This document shows positions 1-9,176 of a stretch of DNA of 64,000 bases, in pieces (the first letter of the stretch is position 1; every line of letters begins with the position of its first letter). A program made the translations under genes and the position numbers. Source of the stretch: Balanoglossus misakiensis. Its lineage: Eukaryota; Animalia; Hemichordata. The DNA lies in assembly GCA_040954595.2 (NCBI GenBank), contig CM082586.2, forward strand, positions 5,814,509 to 5,878,508, given 5' to 3'. The notes under the pieces are model-generated. The model was not told the DNA's origin. It worked only from the letters and a program-made list of their open reading frames with translations, and did not search any database.

Positions 1-80
1 TATAAAAATTATTTACACTTTATTGAAATGCAAAAGAATTCAAAAATTCAGACTAAAATAATTCAAAGTGAACATTATTC

Positions 81-259
81 CAGGGTTGAAGGATTTACAA
101 CTGATACATAGTCCAGGGTTGACGGCAGAGAAGTATTGCAGAGTTGACGGCAGCTACATGTATGTACTGCAGGGTTGACAGCATAGATGTAATACAGGGT
201 TGAAGGCCGAGATGTACTGTAGGGTTGACGGCAGAGATGTATCCTAGGTTAGACGACGG
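81..259. repeat. Degenerate ~25-bp tandem repeat (about 7 copies) in the retrotransposon 3' UTR
   Basis: The core YAGGGTTGAcGGCAG recurs at 81, 114, 139, 170, 195, 220 and 245. Confidence 0.85.
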
Positions 260-451
260 GAACGTTACAGCAGTAATGAGGCTGAAATGAGAAAAAAGTG
301 TGTAACCCTCTGACGAATGGGCGAACCATGTTGGGATGGTTCCCGTGAGGAGTACGGAGCCCAATCCCAAACGTCAGCATTGTAGCCTATTGCTCCAATG
401 AAAGCGTGTGTGTAAGTGTTTATCATTATTACACAGAACTAGTACAAGTGA

Positions 452-3400
452 TTACGATAAAATTGTAGCAATGTTTAAGTTTCCTTCATGAACTGAAGCC
501 AAGGCATTATTGATGCACCACATGTTTATAAAGACGTCAGTTTTTGAGCAGTTTCTGTAGTAGGTAAATTCATTGATTAAACGAGAACGTACACGGACTT
601 TAAAGAGATCGACAAGGGAAAAGCTTTGGTTTGAGATTCCTTCAGTAAGAGCTATGTGACGGGTAATATGAATTGAGAGTTTAGCAGTAACAAAAAGAAA
701 CATTAAAAGGGGGCTGGTATGTTTTGTAACATCTTTGTTACAGACTGGCCCTAAAATGAACCACCAATAAGGAATTTTGCACACAGTACCCAGGATGCGT
801 TGACACAAGGTACGAATGATCTTGAAAAGAGGATTTAACCGAATACACTCGAGAAAAATATGGAGCAAGTCGTCTTTGGTTTGACAGAAAACACAGTTTG
901 GGGTGGGGGCATAATTACAACTAAACATAAAAGTACCGGTAGCATATGCGCCATGCAGTATGCGCCACTGCAGGTCACCGTGTGATTTTGGAATAAGTCT
1001 AGTGTAGCACAATTTAAAATCAGGTTTAATACTGTCTGGCAGGGACAAAACATCTCTCCAAACTGTATCCTGACGATTGGGGAGATTATTACACATAGAA
1101 ACATTAATGAGAAATTTGTAAATTTCACCTTTTTCACTTTTGTATAATGGGCAGTTGAGGAGGACATCGGGTTTCGAGTATACCAACTCAAACAAGTAAG
1201 AGTACTCGTTGGATCTAGTGTCTGAAATGCCCTTAAAAAATTTCCTAATTTCCTTTATCCAATTAATTGGTAAGGAGCTATGAATAGTTTGAAGAGTGCG
1301 GATGAAGATCCTCATAGAGTGAAATTGAACTTTGTCTTTAAAATAATCTGCAGTGTGCCACATCTTTCTGTCAATATTAATTAGGTCCGCGACCTTGGTA
1401 ATGCCAGCATCAACCAGATTTTGAACTATGGTAGTTTCATGCCCAACAGAAAGTTGAACCAGGTCATTATAGAAAAGAGGTTCGTTAAGAATATCACAAA
1501 TAGCTGTGGGATGATCTTTCCTAAGTCTTTTAATCAAATTCCATGTTTTGAGGAGATCACGATAAAATAAAGGCAAAGTTCCTGGTATCGAAGGAATTTC
1601 AATTGCAAGAAGTTGAGCGCCATAATCTAGAGCATGGACTGTTTTAAAATAGTATTCCAAGAAAGAAAACGAAGGATGATCCAGGGAGGAATGGAGAAAC
1701 CTCTGCAAACGTTGCAAACGGAAAGCATTGATCCGAACAGGAAGACAAACGAGGTTTTGACCCCCACTTTCAATGCGAGCATAAAGTAAGTGAGCTGGAA
1801 GCCAGTGCCGGCCTTGCCAGAAGAAATCAAGAAAAGTATTTTGAATATAAGAAATGATATCAGGGGGAGGAGATAAACAAACTAGTCTATGAAACAGTTT
1901 AGTAGCAGCCAGATGATTAATAACAATTACACGCCCCCGATATGACATAGCTTTTACAAACCTTGACCACCAAGAAAGCTTATTATTGATTTTGCGAACA
2001 CAGTCATCCCAATTTTGTTGAAAGAACTCATCCGTATTCCCAAGGTAGATACCAAGAATTTTAAGCCCTCTACTGTTCCATTTGATTCCCAAGGGGTGGT
2101 CAGTTCTACCTCGCCATCTTCCAACCCACAAACCTTCAGATTTACCATAATTAATATGAGCATTGCTCGCGTTTTCATAACTACAAAGCCACTGGCGCAT
2201 TTTACTGAAGTCAGAATTCTTAGTGATCAAAAAGCTAATATCATCTGCATATGCAGAAAGTTTACACTTACGATCATTGCTTTTGGGGATAGTAATCCCC
2301 AAAATATTGGTTTCAGATCTAATTTTATGTAATAAAGGTTCAATACAAATAGCATAAAGTTGTCCTGATAAAGAGCAACCTTGTCTTATACCCCGTTGAA
2401 ATTGAACTGGACCAGTCAGGGCGCTATTCACACGAATGACACTTTCAGTGTTAGTATACAAAAGATCAATGTATTTTATAAAAGTTTCACCAAAACCAAA
2501 AGCTTTGAGTGCTCTGAGAAGATAATTATGGTGAACCCTATCAAACGCTTTTTCTTGGTCGACAGAGAGAATACCAAGGGGAAGATTAAACTCATTATGG
2601 TAGTTAATACAATCTCTAATCAGGTGAATATTGTCAAAAATCTGTCTGCCTGGAATGGTGTAGCTTTGATCAAGATGAATAACATTGTGTAAAACACCAC
2701 GGAGACGAATGGACAAGGCTTTCGTAAAGATTTTATAATCAGAACAGAGTAAGCTGACAGGCCTCCAGTTTTTTAGTAGTGTGTTGTCACCTGGCTTTGG
2801 TATAAGCGATATTACAGCTCTCCGACATGAAGTTGGAAGAAAACCTTCTTTAATTGAGGCATTTAACATTTCATGCAAGTCTCTCCCGAGACTAGGCCAG
2901 AAAGTTTTATAAAACTCAACAGGGAGACCATCAATACCAGGTGTTTTATTAGTAGAAACATAATTCAGAGCGTTTGTAAGCTCCTCGAACGAAATTGTGT
3001 CATCACAAAGCTCAACATTTTCCGGGTTAAGTTGTGGCAGATCCTTAAGAATAGTTTCTTGATCATTGTAAGAAGTAGGGTCTGGTGTATAAAGCTTCTG
3101 ATAGAAATCACGAACCATATTGCGAATTTCAGCTTGGTTTTCAGTTAAGGTTTGATCGTGAAGCCTAAGCTGAGTGATATTTTTACGCACTCCTCTATGT
3201 TTCTCAAGTGAGTAAAAGAAATGAGTGTTAGCGTCTGCTTCATTAAGAAGCTGATGTCTGGAGCGGATAGCAGCTCCTCGAGTCTCAGTTTTTATCAAAT
3301 TATCAAGAAGCTCCTTTTGTTGCTGATACCTAGCATTCAGGTTAGGCTGTTTATCAATAATACGCTCAATTTGTTCAATTTCATTAACAATATCCTGTTT

Positions 3401-4378
3401 CATACGTTTGTAGTTGTTAGTACGTTCATGACTGTATTGCTTACTCAATTCTTTGATTTTGTGTTTACCAATATCCCACCAACTCTGTAAAGACTTAAAT
3501 CTGAATTTCTCTTTTTGCCATTTTTCCCAGAATTGGCGAATAAGATTACAATAGTCTTCTTCATTAAGAAGACTAGAATTGAGGCACCAGACTGGATTTT
3601 TACTCCGAGAATTTTTGACAGAGATATTAATTGAGACAATCGAGTGATCAGAAACATTCACAGAGGAATCAATGGCTGCAGACGTAATTTTTGAAGTAAG
3701 CCAATTATTTACATAGAAGGTATCAATACGAGATTTATTATCTCCTCTTTGCCAAGTATAATTCCGTGCATTGTTGTGGAAATAGCGCCAGGCGTCAGAA
3801 AGTTTAGATTTATGCATAATTGAAGCAAGAAGACGCGACGATTTGAGATGTGGTTCAACTGTGGAAGTACGGTCCAACTGAGGCTTAAGAGTACAGTTAA
3901 AATCCCCACCAATAATTACGGTATCATCAACACTGATCTCACTTAACAACTTTTCAAGTTTCTTAAAGAAGCTGAAACGGTCACCTCCATTGTTTGGAGC
4001 ATAAACATTAATGAGATTAACATAATTATCGTCAATATTGACGCGAAGATGTAGTAAATGACCATGAACAACACTTTGAGAGGAAATAATATCGACCTTC
4101 TTATTTTGTGAAAGCATTATGGCAACGCCAGCAGAGTTACTAGAACCATGGGAGAAATAAATTGGTGCACGCCAAACTATTTGCCATTGCGCTTCATCGT
4201 TTGGCGTCGAATGGGTTTCTTGAAGAAAGTAAAAGTCAGACCGATTAATTAATTTTAAAGTCGAAAGGACATCATACCTTTTCAAAGAATCATGACCACC
4301 ATTAATATTCCATGTAGCAGTGGAAATATTAATCATCAGCAGGCAAGAGATTATAAGTAAAAAATCCATTGAGACCAT
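452..4378 (-). CDS. Retrotransposon ORF2: AP endonuclease, reverse transcriptase and C-terminal Cys/His zinc motif (1308 aa)
   Basis: APE motifs TWNING, FLQETH, GGDFN, SRIDTF, SDH. RT motifs PGIDGLPVEFY, NWRPVSLL, DQEKAFDRV, GIRQGCSLSG, AYADD, LGIYLG. C-terminal CVFCQTKDDLLHIFLEC. Confidence 0.97.
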   Translation of the reverse strand: MVSMDFLLIISCLLMINISTATWNINGGHDSLKRYDVLSTLKLINRSDFYFLQETHSTPNDEAQWQIVWRAPIYFSHGSSNSAGVAIMLSQNKKVDIISSQSVVHGHLLHLRVNIDDNYVNLINVYAPNNGGDRFSFFKKLEKLLSEISVDDTVIIGGDFNCTLKPQLDRTSTVEPHLKSSRLLASIMHKSKLSDAWRYFHNNARNYTWQRGDNKSRIDTFYVNNWLTSKITSAAIDSSVNVSDHSIVSINISVKNSRSKNPVWCLNSSLLNEEDYCNLIRQFWEKWQKEKFRFKSLQSWWDIGKHKIKELSKQYSHERTNNYKRMKQDIVNEIEQIERIIDKQPNLNARYQQQKELLDNLIKTETRGAAIRSRHQLLNEADANTHFFYSLEKHRGVRKNITQLRLHDQTLTENQAEIRNMVRDFYQKLYTPDPTSYNDQETILKDLPQLNPENVELCDDTISFEELTNALNYVSTNKTPGIDGLPVEFYKTFWPSLGRDLHEMLNASIKEGFLPTSCRRAVISLIPKPGDNTLLKNWRPVSLLCSDYKIFTKALSIRLRGVLHNVIHLDQSYTIPGRQIFDNIHLIRDCINYHNEFNLPLGILSVDQEKAFDRVHHNYLLRALKAFGFGETFIKYIDLLYTNTESVIRVNSALTGPVQFQRGIRQGCSLSGQLYAICIEPLLHKIRSETNILGITIPKSNDRKCKLSAYADDISFLITKNSDFSKMRQWLCSYENASNAHINYGKSEGLWVGRWRGRTDHPLGIKWNSRGLKILGIYLGNTDEFFQQNWDDCVRKINNKLSWWSRFVKAMSYRGRVIVINHLAATKLFHRLVCLSPPPDIISYIQNTFLDFFWQGRHWLPAHLLYARIESGGQNLVCLPVRINAFRLQRLQRFLHSSLDHPSFSFLEYYFKTVHALDYGAQLLAIEIPSIPGTLPLFYRDLLKTWNLIKRLRKDHPTAICDILNEPLFYNDLVQLSVGHETTIVQNLVDAGITKVADLINIDRKMWHTADYFKDKVQFHSMRIFIRTLQTIHSSLPINWIKEIRKFFKGISDTRSNEYSYLFELVYSKPDVLLNCPLYKSEKGEIYKFLINVSMCNNLPNRQDTVWRDVLSLPDSIKPDFKLCYTRLIPKSHGDLQWRILHGAYATGTFMFSCNYAPTPNCVFCQTKDDLLHIFLECIRLNPLFKIIRTLCQRILGTVCKIPYWWFILGPVCNKDVTKHTSPLLMFLFVTAKLSIHITRHIALTEGISNQSFSLVDLFKVRVRSRLINEFTYYRNCSKTDVFINMWCINNALASVHEGNLNIATILS

Positions 4379-5943
4379 TATTTAGGGGTGTTACCTTTAG
4401 TTCTAACATGAGTAAACAGCTTTGCCATGAGTCTCTGTATCCTGACTTTTTGTTTGTTATCAACAAGAGTGGTTTTGCGTAGCTTGTTGAATGATTTAAT
4501 CAGCAATCTTATATCTGAACAGTACTCATAGCATTGTTCTATCATATTCTTCGATCCCTTAATTTCCTCTAAAAAAGCAATGAGATTAGTAGCTTGAACC
4601 TCCCTACGTTCAGAAAGTTCAGAAATGTCAGAAGTGTCAGAGGTCATAGAAATATTATCAGGAAGTTCAGAAGTCACAGAGATGCAATCAGCATCCGACT
4701 CTGAACCCTGACTAAGAATGTCAAAACTATTAGACGTACTGATTGGTGTTGAAACTGTAATCTGGGAATCAGGAGGGACTGATTCCTTTCTGGATTTGTG
4801 AAAATTCACACCAGAGAAAGGAGTCTCGGGAAAATCAAGGGAGAGGGAGGAGGAGGGATCGGAAGAGGAGGGGAGGGAAAGAGAAGACCACACAGAAGGA
4901 GTGGAAGGAGGAGAAGAAGGGGGTAGTACCCTGTCTTCATCAATATCACCTACATTAAAAGGCCTTGTTTCTGTGTCGTTGTTAGTCTTCTCTTCCGTAG
5001 TAACACCACTTGTACTTCCATTACTACTGGTTTTTTCCTTTGCAATTACATCATCTGCACCCTCAACCATATTAACACTTGTATTATTCATTGTTTTATC
5101 ATCTGCCCTCTCAGAGCTGTTGTTATTGATTTTTTCAGGCATGATGACATCATTGACACCTTCTGTCTGCATCTCATTATCATTTCTCTTTTGTGCAAGA
5201 TCGTTAACACTTTTGTTCACACCTACAGTAATCTCATTATCGCTGTTTACCTCAGTCTGCATCTCATTATCATTTCTCTTTTGTGCAAGATCATTAACAC
5301 TATTGTTCACACCTACAGTAATATCATTATCGCTGTTTTTCGTTCTAGCTTGCCATGTGCTTACAACTTCACGAGTAAGAGGGCAAGATTTGCGGATATG
5401 TCCTTTTGCCCCACAAAGAAAACATCTCATTTCGTCTATCGTAATATATATTGGGTAAAGACGATCTTCATATTTAACATTGATGAGGCCATCAATATTT
5501 TCATTATGCAATAAAACATGGATTTGCCGTCTGAACGACTTTACGTGTTTCAACGCAGGATTTTTGCATCCTAGAGGAATAGGTCTCATGTTCCCGACCA
5601 CTCTACCCAATTTCCACAACTCTTCTTCTAAGTATTCATTTGGTATAAAAGGGGGGACGTTAGAAAGAATAAGTTTCGAAGCTGGCTTCACCATATGCTC
5701 AACGTCAACCATTTCACCTTTAACCGACAGTCTGGATTCAACAATGCTTTCTACATGCTCAAGCGAAGCCAGGAACACCACAACAGAACGATTCATGCGT
5801 GAGGCAGCGATAATATTCTCGCTCCCAATCTCCTTAGCTATTTCCTCAACATAACTCTCCACAGGGAGATCTTGAACATTAGTGCACCTAATCGCATGTT
5901 TCCTAGTCAATCTCCGAAATGGACTGTCAGCCTGGGCAGCCAT
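4378..5943 (-). CDS. Retrotransposon ORF1: gag-like nucleic-acid-binding protein with CCHC zinc knuckle (521 aa)
   Basis: CFLCGAKGHIRKSC zinc knuckle, LSNVPPFIPNE motif and a low-complexity Ser/Asn-rich middle. The stop codon overlaps the ORF2 ATG (TAATG). Confidence 0.93.
   Translation of the reverse strand: MAAQADSPFRRLTRKHAIRCTNVQDLPVESYVEEIAKEIGSENIIAASRMNRSVVVFLASLEHVESIVESRLSVKGEMVDVEHMVKPASKLILSNVPPFIPNEYLEEELWKLGRVVGNMRPIPLGCKNPALKHVKSFRRQIHVLLHNENIDGLINVKYEDRLYPIYITIDEMRCFLCGAKGHIRKSCPLTREVVSTWQARTKNSDNDITVGVNNSVNDLAQKRNDNEMQTEVNSDNEITVGVNKSVNDLAQKRNDNEMQTEGVNDVIMPEKINNNSSERADDKTMNNTSVNMVEGADDVIAKEKTSSNGSTSGVTTEEKTNNDTETRPFNVGDIDEDRVLPPSSPPSTPSVWSSLSLPSSSDPSSSLSLDFPETPFSGVNFHKSRKESVPPDSQITVSTPISTSNSFDILSQGSESDADCISVTSELPDNISMTSDTSDISELSERREVQATNLIAFLEEIKGSKNMIEQCYEYCSDIRLLIKSFNKLRKTTLVDNKQKVRIQRLMAKLFTHVRTKGNTPK
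5161..5340. repeat. 90-bp (30-aa) in-frame tandem duplication within ORF1
   Basis: 5161-5250 and 5251-5340 are near-identical; the peptide NSDN(D/E)ITVGVN(N/K)SVNDLAQKRNDNEMQTE occurs twice. Confidence 0.95.
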
Positions 5944-6151
5944 ATTGCCGACCCCGGGCTGCCACTCGGTGGCAAAGAAAACAATCCACCAAAAATCCCC
6001 CCAATCAGCACAAATATGACAGTAAAAATCAAGTAAAGTGAAACAGTACCGTACTCACAATACTGTAGTTGAACGATTTTTGAGGGATGGTACCTCAAAC
6101 ACCAGAAAAGCAACGCCAAGTCAGGAGCGCTTCTGTACCGCCACCACCACC

Positions 6152-6214
<63 letters not shown>
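6152..6214. repeat. (ATG)21 microsatellite
   Basis: Perfect trinucleotide run read directly from the sequence, immediately outside the 5' end of the retrotransposon. Confidence 0.98.
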
Positions 6215-9176
6215 TCACATGGGCTGGCAGGCAGGGGGTGGACAGACAGAAAGACATACAGACACACAGACTGTAGATTGACACTCACTCACTAGTTCTC
6301 CAATTTGCCATCGACTGTGAATGTCACAATGAATGAGCCAGATTGTACCCGTAAATGTCATCAGGTGGCGGCAAGGCATTGATTTATCTGTTCCTGAAAT
6401 CTGCAAAGTGTTGCACATTTCTTTACAAGTCAGTGTCTGACCTGTTTGCATCAGTAATTTGTCCTCAGCGGTTATACCTGACCGCATTTTATACCAAGAC
6501 GAGCCGACTCCTCTGTTTCGAGATTCTATTATTTGTTGGCCCTTTTATAATTTGCATATTAGTCTTCAACACCTGTACCTGAATATAAAAGCTTGAACAC
6601 GTTAGGAATGAGTGGCCACTCTACAAGTCTGACCCGTCTGAGGCTGTCTGTCTTACATTGGTGCGAAAAAATGTTGAATTTTAAAAGTCCCCAAAAATGC
6701 CAGGGGGTATAGTCATGTTGGGGCCATAGAGTGGCCTATATAAGGGGTCAAGACAATAGTCTAGCTGTAGTAAAAAAACAGACAACCATACAAGCCAGAT
6801 GTACAAACGTGTCTGTGTGAGAAGGAACGACAAATTGGTACCTTGGGCCACACGTGTGTTGCCAAACCAGCAAAAAGATTGGATTTCAATTTTTTTTGTT
6901 CAGACATCGCTTTGAAAATGAATAAAATAATATTGCTGAATGTCTTCTGTGATTTCTCAGACTGTGGATTCGAGCGCGTAAACCTGCTGTTGCCATGGCT
7001 ACGAGCATTACCGCCTGTGACTATGCAGTTTCATGCGGAAAGTTCCCCGTTTCATTGTAGTTCAAAATGTCATCGTTTTTCGATTCCCCAGCTCTCACTC
7101 TTAACACGCATGTTGTTGAACACGTCTTCTCCAACCAATTCCTAACAAATCTATTTCACCGTAATTCAACTGCGTAATAGCTTAAAAATACGGTTTCCCT
7201 GACAACTGAAGTCGCTGCTAGAAAAGCTGTTGAAACGGCTACGTGCGGACGCTTTTTCCGACGCTGATTACCAACGGCTCTGATCTGGTATTACGTCAGC
7301 AATTCTAAATCATATTACAATGTGTTGTAGTTCCACTCTTTTCAAATCTGTCACGTTGCATTCTTGAAGCAATCGACAGCCTATGGATATGTCCTTATAA
7401 TATAAAACGGCATGGGAATTTCTGGACGGAAGTACGAATACTGTAACGGCGAGTGTCGCACACAAACACTTTGAAGGAAGTTCTGAGTACATACGTTGTC
7501 GACCAGGTACAGTCGTATATTTTTATACTATGTGATTTTATTTTATTTTCATTTCAGGTGAACTCGAAGTTATCCATTTCATTCTGAAATTTGCTGAACA
7601 TAGTTTAGGGTTAAAGGTCAACTTCTGCTTTGTAATGAGCTTAGATACGATACACATGTCCAAGTACCCTGGTGACATAACGTTACACTATAGATAGGGC
7701 TAGTGTCTATGGTTACACCTAAGAAACATATAGTATTTTGTTGATACAAGTGTACCCAGATTGTAAACATTTCAGCATTGATAGTTTCCCGTGTTGAACT
7801 ATGTTATCTGAATAGGAACGGGACAAAAATGGGCGGCGTTGATGGCTATACGGGCCTCTATACTTGTAAACTTATGACAAGAAAATGCAACTCACTAATT
7901 ATTTGTTATGCCAGAGACATATATGGACACACACATGCATACCTACATACACACATGTATACATGTACAAACACTTACAGACAGACAGTTCATTCCTGTC
8001 TGTCTGTCTATCTGTCCGTCAGTCCATTTAGACAAATACATGTAATGCAGTCAGAGTGGAGTGGACAACATACCTTGTTTGAGAAACCAATTCGCAGTAT
8101 GAACAACAGAAACCTTAGTATTTTTCTCCACGCATTGTTTTGGCAGTAGCTTGGCGCCTAAACGTAATTTGTACGGTCTGCATGCGTCTTGGTATCATGT
8201 AAGACGATAAGCGAGATTACGTGAAGACACCGGATATGAATCCATCATCCATCTTCCATGTTGATTTTCATTCGCGACCTCTAACTTCATAACACAACAA
8301 AATATCTTGTATTCGAAACGCCACAGGAAACCAAGAAAAATCCACTCATCTAAGAAACAAACGAACAGATACTGTGTCCATGAGAAGTTGGTTGGCTTTT
8401 GTTATACAAATTTTATCGGAAGGAATCCATTCGCATATGCCAGGTGGTTATGTGCGTGTCTTCAGACGATGACCTCAGCGGGTTTTGAAGAGAAAACACG
8501 TGCTGAGGACATTGGTTTGTTACATGTACCTACATATTGCTCCGAAATCCAATTTTACAGCTCGAGAGGTCGCCCTCGACAAAGTTGCTCCAAACCATCC
8601 GTGTCGATGGAGTTTGCAATCACACCATGTGATGTATTGGTGTCATGTCAGAGTCGAAATTTGTACGGCAGCGTAGTGAATTATTGACAGAAATATTTTC
8701 AAGACAGTGATGCCATATTACTTGTGAACTTCGCATTACACAGAAATGGACTGTCTGTGAATATTTTACCTAACTATTTGTCCAAAACAAATTGGTATGC
8801 AGAGCACCGTTCATTTGATATCATTCACCAATCATACAACAAAGACAGGTGTGGATGTATTTGGTATTCTTTTAATTTATTCAAATCTGGCGAACGAAAA
8901 TTCCGCAAAATATTTACATACAATATTGGCAAAGCACAATGGGAGAACTTCTCATATGTGGGGATATTGTGCTACTTTTTTGTATAGAGAGCTTCGTGTA
9001 TTGCGCGGTGTATGAAGCATCATTTCATGTAAAATAGTATAGCCTTCGTCAAAACTTCCTGGATGTATATAAAAATGATAAACTGTGTTTATGTTATAAT
9101 AAGTGAATTCTTGAAAGCATGGTTGTGCAACGGAAAGTGGTAGTTCTCGGTAGAAAATGTTCAGTTATTTCAAATA

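Larger units (their letters stand above)
1..6150 (-). mobile_element. Tx1/L1-clade non-LTR retrotransposon, apparently intact; 3' junction at or beyond the left window edge
   Basis: Two long uninterrupted minus-strand ORFs (gag-like, then APE-RT). About 200 bp of 5' UTR (5944-6150) ends at an (ATG)21 tract. About 450 bp of 3' UTR carries AATAAA (tttatt at 19-24 on +). The ORF1 N-terminus 'FRRLTRKHAIRC...IIAASRMNRSVVVFL' resembles Tx1-clade ORF1 proteins. Confidence 0.92.

Noticed and set aside
81-259. CRISPR- or retron-like array beside a reverse transcriptase
   Set aside because: Repeats are degenerate, linkers are only about 11-19 nt and related to each other, and the RT is a typical APE-type non-LTR ORF2.
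310-345. Hammerhead ribozyme (CTGACGA followed by a small stem on the + strand)
   Set aside because: The required GAAA after stem II is absent (GTTG instead) and stems I and III could not be built.
4901-5854. Antisense ORFs (185, 107 and 124 aa) over ORF1
   Set aside because: Shadow frames of a low-complexity coding region with no recognisable motifs.
5907-6295. Poly-Ser and poly-Met ORFs
   Set aside because: Artefacts of translating the (ATG)21 microsatellite.
6215-7480. Possible older DNA-transposon or Helitron-like fragment beyond the microsatellite
   Set aside because: It has GACA-rich simple sequence but no termini, TSD or coding remnants that I could define.
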